Assembly: GCA_963668695.2 (NCBI GenBank)
Contig: CAXXLQ010000004.1
Span: 1,024,001 to 1,088,000, forward strand
Direction of reading: 5' to 3'
From: Vicinamibacteria bacterium
GTDB lineage: Bacteria > Acidobacteriota > Vicinamibacteria > Marinacidobacterales > Marinacidobacteraceae
DNA length: 64,000 nucleotides
The notes under the pieces were generated by a model, which saw only the letters and a program-made list of their open reading frames with translations, made no database searches and was not told the origin of the DNA. Shown piece by piece: positions 38,378 to 48,617 of this stretch (its first letter is position 1; every line of letters begins with the position of its first letter). Made by a program: the position numbers and the translations under genes.

Positions 38378-38647
38378 ATGGACGACCTGAACCGTCGCGC
38401 ATTCCTCAGGAGGGCCGGCTTCGCCTTCGCCGGCGTGGTGGGCGCCGCCTCGTTCGCGGCTGCCCAGCAGCAGGAAGAGGAAAAGAAGGAAGACGAAGAG
38501 ACGCAGGAGGAGATCGATTACGACGCCCTCTTCGCCGAGGACTCCGGGGACGAGGACACCCGGGCCTGCCCGCAGTGCGGGGCTCTCATGTACCGACAGG
38601 GCCGGACCTGGACCTGCGAGAACTGCGGCTACAGCTACGTCGAATAG
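38378..38647 (+). CDS. Small Tat-signal protein with acidic linker and zinc-ribbon-like C-terminus
   Basis: NRRAFLRR; CPQCG...CENCGY; RBS aaggag. Confidence 0.75.
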   Translation: MDDLNRRAFLRRAGFAFAGVVGAASFAAAQQQEEEKKEDEETQEEIDYDALFAEDSGDEDTRACPQCGALMYRQGRTWTCENCGYSYVE

Positions 38648-38672
38648 CCTCTCGCGGCTGCTGAGACGCTAA

Positions 38673-38717
38673 GACGGCGCCGTCGGATCTGCGGTTTCGC
38701 AGGTTCCGGTGGCCGTC
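38673..38717 (+). terminator. GC-rich hairpin after the operon
   Basis: gacggc...ctgcg-gttt-cgcag...gccgtc; no U-tract. Confidence 0.3.
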
Positions 38718-38764
38718 GCATGTTCCCGCTGGCGCTCAGGCGGCAGCGGGACTTCTCGCTCGGG

Positions 38765-39070
38765 CTAGTAGCCTGTGGTGGAACCCGGGTGAGCGCCGAG
38801 CCCGGTCAGTCCTCCCGGTGGGGGCGAGGCGCCCGGCTGACAAGGCGCGTGAGGGAGGAATACCGAGTGTATTTCGCGAGTGTATTTCGACCGAAACGCA
38901 ACGATGAGCGGCGCGCAGCGACGCTGTTTGGCCGGGATGGATCGCCGGCCGAGCCCCCACCGGGAGAACTGGGCCGCGTGGGTTCCACCACCCGCTGTTT
39001 GGCCGGGATGCATCGCCGGGCGAGCCCCCACCGAGAGAACTGGGCCGCTCGGGTTTCGCCACCACCTGCT
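38765..39070 (+). mobile_element. Palindromic MITE copy 3 (right half duplicated, three 19-nt inserts, 13-bp internal duplication)
   Basis: ctagtagcctgtggtggaaccc...; cgagtgtatttcg occurs twice; tttggccgggatg...ccacca occurs twice. Confidence 0.8.
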
Positions 39071-39079
39071 CACGCGCGC

Positions 39080-39811
39080 TCAGGCGGGCGCCGGGATGAG
39101 CAGGTGTCCGAAGACGATGAAGAAGAAACCCGCGGTGGAGAGCATCGCGTGCTCGGCGCTGCCCCGCCGATAGCTCCAGAAGCGGAAGCCGGCGGCCGGA
39201 GTCCTGCCGTCCAGCACCGCGCGGGTGTAGTAGATCCGCTGCGCTGCGATCACATTCCCCAGGATCGCGACCACGATCAATGAAGCGTGGACGTTCCCGG
39301 CCACGAGTCCGACGATGATGCCGACCGTGCGTTCCGGACGCTCCAGGAATCCGATTTCACAGCCGGGAATGACGTTCTCGGCGCGGGCGCGGGCGTATGA
39401 AGTGGCGACAGTCCCCGCGGTGGCGAGACACCAGATCGCGAGCCAAAGACCCTGTTCCGGTCCGTGGGAGTACGCGAGCAGATACACGAGCAGACCGAAC
39501 ATAAGCAACATGTCGGCGTAGCGATCCACTACGGAATCCAGATAGGCGCCGAAACGCGTGACCCCGCGGGACATGCGGGCTACCGCACCATCAAGCGCAT
39601 CGAAGGTGATCGCGAGCAACCCTACCCAGCCGGCGGTCCACTGATCCCCCTCAAGGAGGGGCCAGAAGACGAACGTCATCGCGACGGGACCCGCGAGGGT
39701 CACGGCGTTCGGCGGGACGTGCGCCCGTATGATCCCGCGCGCAATGCCGTCCCGAATTCCCGCCATCAGGCCTGCCAGGAATCGGCCCAAATTGCTGAAG
39801 AACCGGTTCAC
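39080..39811 (-). CDS. CDP-alcohol phosphatidyltransferase
   Basis: DALDGAVAR...FGAYLDSVVDRYAD, SYARARAE and G.LERPER (PgsA/PIP-synthase-like). Confidence 0.88.
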   Translation of the reverse strand: MNRFFSNLGRFLAGLMAGIRDGIARGIIRAHVPPNAVTLAGPVAMTFVFWPLLEGDQWTAGWVGLLAITFDALDGAVARMSRGVTRFGAYLDSVVDRYADMLLMFGLLVYLLAYSHGPEQGLWLAIWCLATAGTVATSYARARAENVIPGCEIGFLERPERTVGIIVGLVAGNVHASLIVVAILGNVIAAQRIYYTRAVLDGRTPAAGFRFWSYRRGSAEHAMLSTAGFFFIVFGHLLIPAPA

Positions 39812-40006
39812 GGGGTCTCGGATCGCAGTGCCGGCGCAGTCGCGGCCCGGCAAGACTCAGGGCGTGGCAAGGGGACGGTGGCGGGCGCCTTCAAGGGGGA
39901 TAGGGGCAAGGGCGCTCTGGCGGAGCGGCGCCGCGTGTGGCGCCCTGCCGCGCCGAGAGGCGAGTAGCATATGCGCGATCACGCGTTTGGTCGGGGTTTC
40001 AGTGGA

Positions 40007-40939
40007 ATGAGCGGCCTTCCCCTGGTGATCGCAAACCCCCAGGCCGGGGATGGCAGCGGACGGGATCGTTGGTGGGCCGCCTCCGGACTCGTCGCCGATC
40101 GGCTTGGTCCGCACGATCTCGTCTGGACCGAGGAGGCTGGCCACGCGGAGCGGATCGCCCGGGCGGAGGGTAACGAGCGGTCCCTCCTGATCGCCTACGG
40201 GGGGGACGGCACTGCCTCCGAAGTGGCCCGGGGTCTTGTCCTGTCCGGCGGCAGCGCCGAATTGGGCCTTCTTCCAAGCGGCACCGGCAACGACTTTGCC
40301 AGCGATGCCGGGATCCCTGCCCGCCTGCCGGAAGCGGCCCATTTCGTGAGCCGGACCCCGGCCCAGCCTACGGATCTCGGGTATATCGAGGACGCGGCCG
40401 GGTCCTCCCGATTCTTCCTGAACAGTTTCTCCTTGGGGCTCGCGGCGTCGGTTGCGGAAAGGGCTTCCCGGGGCAGCGGCTCGGGCCGGGCTACCTACGC
40501 AGCGGCCGCGGCGCGGGAAATCACCGTCTTCCAGCCGCTGTCGTTCCGCGTCGGCCTCAACGGAGCCCCCGCGAGACCCCGAACGCTCCTGAACCTCACC
40601 TTCCTCAACTCGCGCCGATTTGGTGGTGGGATTCGCCTCGCCCCACCCGCCGACCCCGGTGATGGGCTACTGGATGCGGTTCTGGTCGGACCGCTCGGTC
40701 CTCTCGCGCTGCTGGATGCCGTGTTCCGGCTCACCCGGGGAGCACACTTCGGACGCCGGGAGATCGAGCATCACCGGATCTCGCGCGCCGTGATCGAGGC
40801 GCTGGATTCGTCCCGCGACACGGGACACGGACACGAGCTGCTCTCCGAAGTAGACGGTGAAATCGCTCGCTGGCAGGAAGCGCTCACCGTGTCGGTGGCC
40901 CGCGGCGCGGTCCGGATCAGGAGAGCCGTCGACCTCTAG
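40007..40939 (+). CDS. Diacylglycerol/lipid kinase family protein
   Basis: ANPQAG, GGDGT, GTGNDFA, GGG, DGLLD and DGE motifs. Confidence 0.88.
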   Translation: MSGLPLVIANPQAGDGSGRDRWWAASGLVADRLGPHDLVWTEEAGHAERIARAEGNERSLLIAYGGDGTASEVARGLVLSGGSAELGLLPSGTGNDFASDAGIPARLPEAAHFVSRTPAQPTDLGYIEDAAGSSRFFLNSFSLGLAASVAERASRGSGSGRATYAAAAAREITVFQPLSFRVGLNGAPARPRTLLNLTFLNSRRFGGGIRLAPPADPGDGLLDAVLVGPLGPLALLDAVFRLTRGAHFGRREIEHHRISRAVIEALDSSRDTGHGHELLSEVDGEIARWQEALTVSVARGAVRIRRAVDL

Positions 40940-41122
40940 CAGCCCATGGTGAAACCCAAGCGGCGTTCGAGCGGCGATCCATCCCGTCTGAACCACGCCG
41001 CTTTGCGGCGCTCTGCGTTGCGTTTCGGTCGAAATACACCCGGTATTCCTCCCTCACGCGCCTTGTCAGCCGGGCGCCTCGCCGCTCTCGGCGCTCACCC
41101 GGGCTCCACCACCGGCTGCTAG
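40936..41122 (-). mobile_element. Palindromic MITE copy 4, flanked by CTAG at both ends; an orphan terminus follows at 41119-41143
   Basis: ctagcagccc...ggctgctag; very similar to copy 1. Confidence 0.85.
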
Positions 41123-41153
41123 CAGCCCGTGGATGAAGTGACGGGATCGCCGG

Positions 41154-42167
41154 TCAGACGCCCCGTGATTTTGTTCGCGGGCCTTTGAGCCAGTTCACCG
41201 TCTCCAGCAGGGTGACCCGTCCGTCGCGCGCCTCGTGACCCAAGTCCCGGGCCGCCTTTTCTGAAGTGAAGTACCAATAGCAGGCGGCCATTTCCCGGCT
41301 GATACGGTCTACCGCGGGTTCCCGGCCGATCTGGCGGGCGAGTTCCTCGGTCAACAGGCCTCCCACCGTATAGAGGTTGCGCGAGAGCCGAAGGCGGGGC
41401 GCCGGGGTGCCCGAGACCTCACCGAGTCGGGCAAAGAACTCTCGAAAGCTCCAGTTGTGGCCCCCGAGCAGGTAGCGGTGGCCGCTTCTACCCTTGACCA
41501 TGGCCGAGCGGACCCCGGCGGCGGCGTCCCGGACATCCACAAAGTTCAGCCCACCGGGAGGGATCACCCTCACCTGACCCGAGAGAAAGCGCAGTACGTC
41601 ACCGGTCGAGGACAGCCTTTCGTCTCCGGGGCCGAGGAGCAGGGACGGATTCACGATCACCACCCCGGTGTCGCCGGCGGACCCCAGGAGCGTCCGTTCC
41701 TGCAGCCATTTGCTCCGGTAGTAAGGCCACCCTCCGATCAGCCCGATGGGGACGGGCGCGGTCTCGTCACACTCGGGTTCGGGGTTTCGGGAGACGGCGA
41801 TCGTCCCGCTTGTCGAAACCAGCACGATCCGCTCCACTCCGGCTTGCCGGGCGGCCTCGGCCAGTTTGCGCGTCCCTTCCACATGGACCCGCTGCAGGCC
41901 GGCCGCCGCCTCGGGGTCTCGGGAGACTCGTCCGGCCAGGTGGAAGACCCGGTCAATCCCATCGAGGGCCTCACGCAGTCCGGCTCCCGACGCAACATCG
42001 CCCAGCACCACTTCGATGCCGCGATCCGTGAGGTCGGGCGCCGGCTGCCGCGACAACACCCGGACCGGCGCGCCGTCCTCAAGCAACAGCGGCAGCAGGT
42101 GCCTTCCCAGAAAACCCGTCGCTCCCGTAACCAGCACCGCAGGCGATCGCGAACTCTCTCCTGGCAT
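41154..42167 (-). CDS. NAD-dependent epimerase/dehydratase (ElbE-like by context)
   Basis: TGATGFLG, YYRSK and VDVRD motifs. Confidence 0.85.
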   Translation of the reverse strand: MPGESSRSPAVLVTGATGFLGRHLLPLLLEDGAPVRVLSRQPAPDLTDRGIEVVLGDVASGAGLREALDGIDRVFHLAGRVSRDPEAAAGLQRVHVEGTRKLAEAARQAGVERIVLVSTSGTIAVSRNPEPECDETAPVPIGLIGGWPYYRSKWLQERTLLGSAGDTGVVIVNPSLLLGPGDERLSSTGDVLRFLSGQVRVIPPGGLNFVDVRDAAAGVRSAMVKGRSGHRYLLGGHNWSFREFFARLGEVSGTPAPRLRLSRNLYTVGGLLTEELARQIGREPAVDRISREMAACYWYFTSEKAARDLGHEARDGRVTLLETVNWLKGPRTKSRGV

Positions 42168-42186
42168 CGGGCGCTCGTTCCTGTTC

Positions 42187-42372
42187 TTAGCAGCCTGTGG
42201 ATGAAGTGACGTGAGCGCCGAGACCGGTGAGACGCCCGGCTGACAAGGCGCGTGAGGGAGGAATACCAGGCGTATTCCGACCGAAACGCAACGATGAGCG
42301 ACGCGGCGCGGCGCGGTTCAGCCGCGATGGATCGCCGGTCGAACGCCGCGTGACTTTGTTCACAGGCTGCTA
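42187..42372 (+). mobile_element. Palindromic MITE copy 5
   Basis: ttagcagcctgtggatgaagt...actttgttcacaggctgcta. Confidence 0.85.
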
Positions 42373-42376
42373 CAAC

Positions 42377-45300
42377 TCAGCCGACCGGGGTGGGCTCCGC
42401 TCTCGGCCGGGACCTCGTAGAAGGTTCCGGGGCCTTCCCCGGGCGGCCGGCCTCATCAAGGATGCGGGCGGCCTGTTCCTCGAGATGAATGGGTTCCTGC
42501 CGACCCAACCGTTCCACGATCTCCTGAACAAGTACGGTCACCCGCCGCTCCGCGACCGCGCTCCCGACCCCACCCTCAGTGAAGCGGAGCAGAAAGTCGG
42601 GGGAAAGGAAAGGACCGATCCGGGCCGCTACCGAGCGCGAGCGGAGGCCGACCGCGCCCGGTGGGAATGCGCTCCACGTGTCGAGGTGCATCGGGAGGAC
42701 TCCCACCCGGCTGCGGAAAGCGAGATGGGCGAAGCCACGCCGGAATTCCTGGATGCGGCCGCTCCGCGAACGGGTCCCCTCGGGAAAGACGAGCACGCTG
42801 TAGCCCTGGTTCAGATACCCCGCGGCACGGTCCAGTGATTCGCGGAGCGAACCCCGACGCTCCATCGGCACCACATTGGTGAAGTTGCGGAAGAAAGTGC
42901 GCTTCACGCGATTGTCGAAGAAATAATCCGCCGCCGCCAGCGCCACCAGGTTCGCTCCGGCGTCTCCGAGCGCCATCTTCACGAGTCCCATGTCGAGATG
43001 GGAGCCGTGATTCGCCACCACCAGATAGTTCGTGTGGTTCGGGACATACGCCCGTCCCGTGAAGGTCGGGTCCAGAACCTGGTGGTAGAACCATCGCTGG
43101 ACCTCGACGAGGGCGGCCCGGCCGGCTTTGGCGACTGCCGGCGGGATGTTGATCTCGTCCTTCTCTGCCTTTCCTGCCGGCTCGGTACGGCGTGGGCGGC
43201 GCCCCTTGCTGCCGGACCCGGAGGAGCGGACGGCGGCGACCAGTTCCCCGATCGTGCTCATGTTGGCGAGCGCCTCGGGAGCCACCGTTTCCCCGAATTC
43301 GCTCTCCAGCGCGGCCGCGAGTTCGTTGTACATGAGGCTGTCGAACCCGATTTCAGCAAGGGATCCGGAAAGCCTGATCTCCGAAACCGGCCGTTCGGAG
43401 ATGGAGGCGATTACCTCGAGGATCCTGTTGCCCGCCTGAGCATCCTCGCCAGCTTCGGCGGCCGCTTCGCGGCGCCGGTCGCGCAGCCAGCGCACCAGTT
43501 CGGCCCGCTTCACCTTGCGGGTAGCGGTGCGCGGCAGGGCCTCTTCCCGGAATTCGAGGGTCTTCACGCGCTTGTGAAGGGCAAGCCGGGACGAGATGGA
43601 CCGGAAGTGGGTCTCGACCCGCTGTCTCCCTTCCGGTGTTTTTTCCTTGGGAACGACGATCGCAGCCACCTGTTCGGCCATCCCGTCGGGCAGTCCAACC
43701 ACCGCAAGTTCGCCGATCAACTCCGGCGCCGCGTAGATCTCCTCCACCTCGTCCGGGTAGATGTTCTTGCCGCCGCTGTCCACGATCACGTCCTTGCGAC
43801 GGCCGACCAGGAAGAGGTGTCCTTCCTTGTCGATTCGTCCCAGGTCACCCGTGTAGAGCCAGCCGTCCCGAAGCGCCTCCGCGGTCGCTTCTTCGTTCCC
43901 GTAGTACCCCGCCATGACGGTCGGGCCCTTGGCGGCGACTTCGCCGACCCCGGAGGCGTCGGGATCCACGATGCGAATTTCGATGCCGGGAAGCGCCTTG
44001 CCCAGGCTGCCGACCGGAACGGCACCCTCGGGCGGAGTCACTGTCAATACGGGCGCGGCCTCGGTGAGGCCGTATCCCTGGCCGATATGGAAGCCGAGGC
44101 CCCGGAAAGTCTTCCAGGTGGCCTCGGAAAGGGCCGCGGCGCCACTGATGAGATAGCGGATCCTGCCGCCCAGCGCCATGTGTACGGGAAGGAAGACCGC
44201 GGGACCGATGTTCACCCCCGTGTCTTCCCGGAGCAGATGCGCCGCGTCGATCAGAGCGGTGGCGAGATCCTCCGCACGTTGGGATCGCTCAGCGAAAGGA
44301 GCCAGAATGCGTCGCCGCAGAAGGTCCCAGAGGGCCGGAACTCCCACGATGCAGGTGGTATGCCCTTTCTGGAGTTCGCTATTGATCGCTTCGGGCCCGA
44401 TCTCCTCCAGATAGGCGATCTGCGCGCCTCGCGACAGCGGGAGCAGGAAGCCGGTGGTGAACTCGAACGAGTGGTGAAGCGGCAGGATGCTGAGCGCACC
44501 GTCCTTTTCGTTGATGTCGTAAATCGACAGCAGCTTCGCCACCAGCGCCGTGAAATTCCGGTGGGTCAGCATCACCCCCTTGGGCGTCCCGGTCGTTCCG
44601 GAGGTGAAGAGGATGGAAGCGAGCGCACCCGGGCTGGACCTGACGGGTGCTGAGGGATCCGCCTCCTCCGCTGGTTCCTCACCAAGGGCAAAGACCTCCC
44701 GAAATGGGTGTGCCGCAACCGGTGGCACCGCGCCGTTTTGACTGGAGAGCCCCGAATGCCGCTCGTATAGCGAATCACTCATCAAGATCGCTTTGGCGTC
44801 TCCCAGACGGAGCAGCCGGGCGATTTCCTCGCGACGCAAATCGCGCTCGAGAGGAATCGCGGTCGCTCCGATTCGCTGGATCGCGAAGTACGCCATTCCC
44901 CACTCGGGGGAGTTTTCTCCGATCAGTCCGACGTGATCGCCCGCGGTCAGCCCCTGCCCGGCCAGGAATGCGGCGGCTCTGACGACGCATTCCCGGAGGT
45001 CGGCATACGTGTACCGCTCCTCTCGACCGTTCCGGGTGATCCGCATCGCGACCCGTCCGGCGTGGTTTTTGGTACAGGCTTCGAAGAGCTCGTTGAGGGT
45101 TCGGTAGGTATAGACCCGGCGCTGCGCCCGCCGTTGGCCGCGCTCCTGATCCTCGAGGGCCGGGAAAACCCAGCGCTCGAGCCCGGGCAGGTGTACGTGG
45201 AGCCAGTAGTCGTACCAGTCGATTTCTTCGGGATTGAAGAAGAGCTTTCCGTCGTTCCCATCGAGTCGGGAAAAAAGATCCCGCGTGTGGTCGGCGCGGA

Positions 45301-46792
45301 AAATGAACTTTTCGCCAGCGATGAACGGCCGGAAGGTGTGGTACTGGCGTTCGCCCTGGACGACAAAGTCCTCGAACGAATCCACGTTCCGCTGCAATGC
45401 CTCGACGACTCCAACCAGGGGGCCAAGGGGCCCGTCGCCAACCCGCTCCAAGGCATCCGAGAGCGCGGAAGCGGACCGGCGCATCCACTGGAGGGTGTGT
45501 TTTTCGAAACGATCGGCGCGAACCGCCTGCGCCTCCATCCGGGCGAGCGCCTCGTTCCAAAGCTTCACCCCGGTCGGTTTATCGCGGAAGTGGCGACGCT
45601 TGTAGATCCCCACGAGGTCGACGAGTCGTTCCACCCGCGCCGGATTGCGGTCGCCGCTCGCCACCTGGTACACGAGGTGGGGCTCCGACACCATGGTTTC
45701 GGCAGCTACGGCAAGGGTGGCCGACGCAACCAGGTCCACCGGCACGATATCCAGGACCACCCCCGAGCCCACCGGAAACAGATTCTGTCCGCGAAGGGCC
45801 ATCCGGACGAGCGGAGCGCTCGTGGTAAAGCCCTCGTTCCACCCGGTGTGGGGGAATGAGATGGCGCTTTCCACTACTGCGGGACGGACGATCGCCCGCG
45901 CAACCCCCTCCGCACCGGCGACGAGCTGGTCTCCCAAGCTCTTTGTATAGGTGTAGATGTTCGGCCAGCCCCAGCCTTGCGCTTTCTCGATGCCGAGATC
46001 CCGGAGCCGCATCCGGATCCATTCCTTCCGCTCCCGGGCAATGGCGAGCGACAGCGAACGCAAATCGTCCGGATCACGACCTTCCTCGGCAAACCGCCTT
46101 CGCGCGGCTTCCTGAAAAGCATCCACCCGCGACTTGTCCTCCGCCTCGTCGCGCACCCGCGCCGCGAGCCTCTCGCAGTCGTCGATCTCCTTCTCCACCG
46201 AGAATTCCTGATCTTCGCGATCTCGCCGCGGGAAGTAGCCGATCAGCGGTTCGTCTTCCCGGATCTCGCCGGATCGCATGCCCGCGACAAAGCACGTGCT
46301 GATGTGCACGAGCGCCGGCCGTTTCATCCTCCGGGCAAAGGCGATGGTGTTCCTGGTGCCGTGGACGTTCGTCTGAAGGGCGGCATCCAGGGACGGGTTG
46401 AAAGTCACGCGGCCGGAGCAGTTAAGGACAAGGTCGATGTCAGCAGCCACCTCGGCGGCCCGCGCTTCCGAATAGCCGAGGTTGTCGCTCGTAATGTCGC
46501 CGCCGAGGACGACGACCTTTTCGTCGAGGAAATCGCGGAGGCCGGTCCCGTGACGCTCGCGAAGCGGCGAAAGGGCCGGGGAGTTTTCCATGATGTCCTC
46601 GAAACGCACCCGACTTTCCCGCTCGCCGACCGCCCGCACCATGAGGTACACCCGGCGGATCTCGGGGAAGAACTCGAGCAGCATCCCGAGGCACACCTTG
46701 CCCAGGAACCCCGTTCCGCCGAGCAGGAAGATGCTTCGTCCGGCGAAGGCTTCGCCCACATGGATTCGGGGCCGGGGGTTCAGGTCGGTCAC
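42377..46792 (-). CDS. elbD: Multidomain fatty acyl reductase / AMP-ligase / ACP / acyltransferase (ElbD-like)
   Basis: GGTGFLGKV and YTYTK (FAR); FTSGTTGTPKG, GYGLTE and YTGDLG (adenylation); GFDSL (ACP Ser); NHGSHLD and FPEGTRS (acyltransferase); 1471 aa. Confidence 0.82.
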   Translation of the reverse strand: MTDLNPRPRIHVGEAFAGRSIFLLGGTGFLGKVCLGMLLEFFPEIRRVYLMVRAVGERESRVRFEDIMENSPALSPLRERHGTGLRDFLDEKVVVLGGDITSDNLGYSEARAAEVAADIDLVLNCSGRVTFNPSLDAALQTNVHGTRNTIAFARRMKRPALVHISTCFVAGMRSGEIREDEPLIGYFPRRDREDQEFSVEKEIDDCERLAARVRDEAEDKSRVDAFQEAARRRFAEEGRDPDDLRSLSLAIARERKEWIRMRLRDLGIEKAQGWGWPNIYTYTKSLGDQLVAGAEGVARAIVRPAVVESAISFPHTGWNEGFTTSAPLVRMALRGQNLFPVGSGVVLDIVPVDLVASATLAVAAETMVSEPHLVYQVASGDRNPARVERLVDLVGIYKRRHFRDKPTGVKLWNEALARMEAQAVRADRFEKHTLQWMRRSASALSDALERVGDGPLGPLVGVVEALQRNVDSFEDFVVQGERQYHTFRPFIAGEKFIFRADHTRDLFSRLDGNDGKLFFNPEEIDWYDYWLHVHLPGLERWVFPALEDQERGQRRAQRRVYTYRTLNELFEACTKNHAGRVAMRITRNGREERYTYADLRECVVRAAAFLAGQGLTAGDHVGLIGENSPEWGMAYFAIQRIGATAIPLERDLRREEIARLLRLGDAKAILMSDSLYERHSGLSSQNGAVPPVAAHPFREVFALGEEPAEEADPSAPVRSSPGALASILFTSGTTGTPKGVMLTHRNFTALVAKLLSIYDINEKDGALSILPLHHSFEFTTGFLLPLSRGAQIAYLEEIGPEAINSELQKGHTTCIVGVPALWDLLRRRILAPFAERSQRAEDLATALIDAAHLLREDTGVNIGPAVFLPVHMALGGRIRYLISGAAALSEATWKTFRGLGFHIGQGYGLTEAAPVLTVTPPEGAVPVGSLGKALPGIEIRIVDPDASGVGEVAAKGPTVMAGYYGNEEATAEALRDGWLYTGDLGRIDKEGHLFLVGRRKDVIVDSGGKNIYPDEVEEIYAAPELIGELAVVGLPDGMAEQVAAIVVPKEKTPEGRQRVETHFRSISSRLALHKRVKTLEFREEALPRTATRKVKRAELVRWLRDRRREAAAEAGEDAQAGNRILEVIASISERPVSEIRLSGSLAEIGFDSLMYNELAAALESEFGETVAPEALANMSTIGELVAAVRSSGSGSKGRRPRRTEPAGKAEKDEINIPPAVAKAGRAALVEVQRWFYHQVLDPTFTGRAYVPNHTNYLVVANHGSHLDMGLVKMALGDAGANLVALAAADYFFDNRVKRTFFRNFTNVVPMERRGSLRESLDRAAGYLNQGYSVLVFPEGTRSRSGRIQEFRRGFAHLAFRSRVGVLPMHLDTWSAFPPGAVGLRSRSVAARIGPFLSPDFLLRFTEGGVGSAVAERRVTVLVQEIVERLGRQEPIHLEEQAARILDEAGRPGKAPEPSTRSRPRAEPTPVG

Positions 46793-46806
46793 TCTGGCTG
46801 CAGACC

Positions 46807-48405
46807 TCAGGACACCTCGGGGATCATGATCGGCGGAACGTGGAGCATGGTGATTTCAGCGGACCGGCCGTGCGTGCTCCGCGCCATGGCGATGGCTTCG
46901 GTCACCGTTTCCGCCGATTCCCAGCCGAGGATTTCGGGGACGTGCTGGTTCTTCGCCCCCGCCACGATGATCCGCCCGACGTGCTGGCGTCCGTTTTCGC
47001 CCCAGTACCACATGAAGAACGGATGAGCTCCGTGGTACGCGTTCCCGTCCCGGTACATCTGCACATAGGACGGGTTATGGGCGAATTCCTCCTCGTACTT
47101 GGTCCGCAGCACGAACGGATCCCGCGTCTCCGGGAGCAACCGGTGGAAGAACTCGATGTAGCTGGGGTGAAAGAGCGGATCGAAGTCGTCGTAGCAAGGG
47201 TGGGCGAGGATCAGCGTGCCGCCCTTCTTGATCAGGGGTTTGCCTCGGTAGAGGTTGAACAGGTAGCCCGGCCCCATGACCTGCACGAGCAGCGGGTTCA
47301 GGATCGAGTTCACGTTGTAGGGCGAGATGTAGGGAATCCCGGAGAGCAGAATGTCGCACTGTCCCTTCACCGGGACGGTGTACTGCTGGAACGAACGCTC
47401 GAGCGTGCGCTCGTGGACGGGCTCCGTGCGGCCTGCGTAGCAGCCGATCAGTTCGAAGGCGCCGGGGATGCGGTGGAGAAACTTCCGCTTCGCCGCCGGG
47501 GGTAGCCGGCTCAGCGCCCAGCGGGTCCCCGCGAGCTTCAGCCGGTCGAGATCGCTGAACTCATCCTCGTCCTTCCCCAGGAACGAGAGGGCATCCGCGT
47601 ACATCCGATTGTTGAGCACCGTTTCCACGTGAAACACGTTGAGGTGGCGGTCCACGATCTTCCCCATCCGGTCCACCTTGCGGCTGAGCTCCGACCGGTC
47701 CGGGTCCATGTAGCCGTCGGAATCGCGGATCGTCTGCGGCTCGTGGTGGGGCCTCAGGCTTTCGTAGTCGCAAAGACCCACCGTCACCGACTTGTGACCC
47801 CCATCCATGGGGACGAGGTTGATGTTCAGATAGATGACGAGATCGCTCTCCGTAACCCGGCGATTGATCCGCACCGGCTCCCCGTGACGGGTCTTTCCCA
47901 AGGGAACCATCCCGTTCGGATCCTCGGCATCGTGGTTGTAGTAGCGACTCGGGTAGAACGCCTTGTGGATGTCCGGACCCACCATCCGGCGCATCTCCGA
48001 CTCGGTCATCTTCCGATGCAGCGAGTTCGCGATGATCAGGTGAACATCGTCCACGCCGTGGTCGCCGAGCATCTCCAGCACGATCTCGAGAGCGGTCTGG
48101 CGCACGTCGGGAGTCGCCATCGGCGGCAGGGGAAGGCTGATGTCGTCCAGAGCGATGGTGACCCGCATTCCGGGACGAAGTTGCGCGTGGAGCGGATCGC
48201 AGCCCAACGGGTGGTTGAGGGCGTGCCGGATCGCGCCGCGCGGATTCGGCAAGCCCCGGATCGGCGGCGGCGGATAAATGACCCGGGTTCCCACCGGGAG
48301 GTGCTCCTCGAGAAAGTCCTCCCCGTAGTGCAGGACGCGGGCAGCCGAATCGTTATCGATGAAAACGATGCCGGGATCGGTCTTATGGCGCAGGGCGGGG
48401 GTCAT
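46807..48405 (-). CDS. LarA/DUF2088-domain protein (ElbC-like by context)
   Basis: ALNHPLG, DDISLP, IANSLHR, NHDAED and GGHKS; position between the HAD gene and elbD. Confidence 0.75.
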   Translation of the reverse strand: MTPALRHKTDPGIVFIDNDSAARVLHYGEDFLEEHLPVGTRVIYPPPPIRGLPNPRGAIRHALNHPLGCDPLHAQLRPGMRVTIALDDISLPLPPMATPDVRQTALEIVLEMLGDHGVDDVHLIIANSLHRKMTESEMRRMVGPDIHKAFYPSRYYNHDAEDPNGMVPLGKTRHGEPVRINRRVTESDLVIYLNINLVPMDGGHKSVTVGLCDYESLRPHHEPQTIRDSDGYMDPDRSELSRKVDRMGKIVDRHLNVFHVETVLNNRMYADALSFLGKDEDEFSDLDRLKLAGTRWALSRLPPAAKRKFLHRIPGAFELIGCYAGRTEPVHERTLERSFQQYTVPVKGQCDILLSGIPYISPYNVNSILNPLLVQVMGPGYLFNLYRGKPLIKKGGTLILAHPCYDDFDPLFHPSYIEFFHRLLPETRDPFVLRTKYEEEFAHNPSYVQMYRDGNAYHGAHPFFMWYWGENGRQHVGRIIVAGAKNQHVPEILGWESAETVTEAIAMARSTHGRSAEITMLHVPPIMIPEVS

Positions 48406-48428
48406 GGGGTTCGCATCCTTCCTAACGG

Positions 48429-48617
48429 TTAGCAGCCTGTGGATGAAGTCGCGTGAGCGCCGAGGTCGGCGAGGCGCACGGCTGACAAGGCGCGCGAGGG
48501 AGGAATACCGAGTGTATTTCGACCGAAGCGCAACGATGAGCGACGCGCAGCGGAGTGTCTCAGCCGGGATGGATCGCCGGCCGAGAACGCCGCGTGACTT
48601 CGTTCACAGGCTGCTAA
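48429..48617 (+). mobile_element. Palindromic MITE copy 6
   Basis: ttagcagcctgtggatgaagtc / gacttcgttcacaggctgctaa, a 22-bp TIR with 2 mismatches. Confidence 0.85.
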
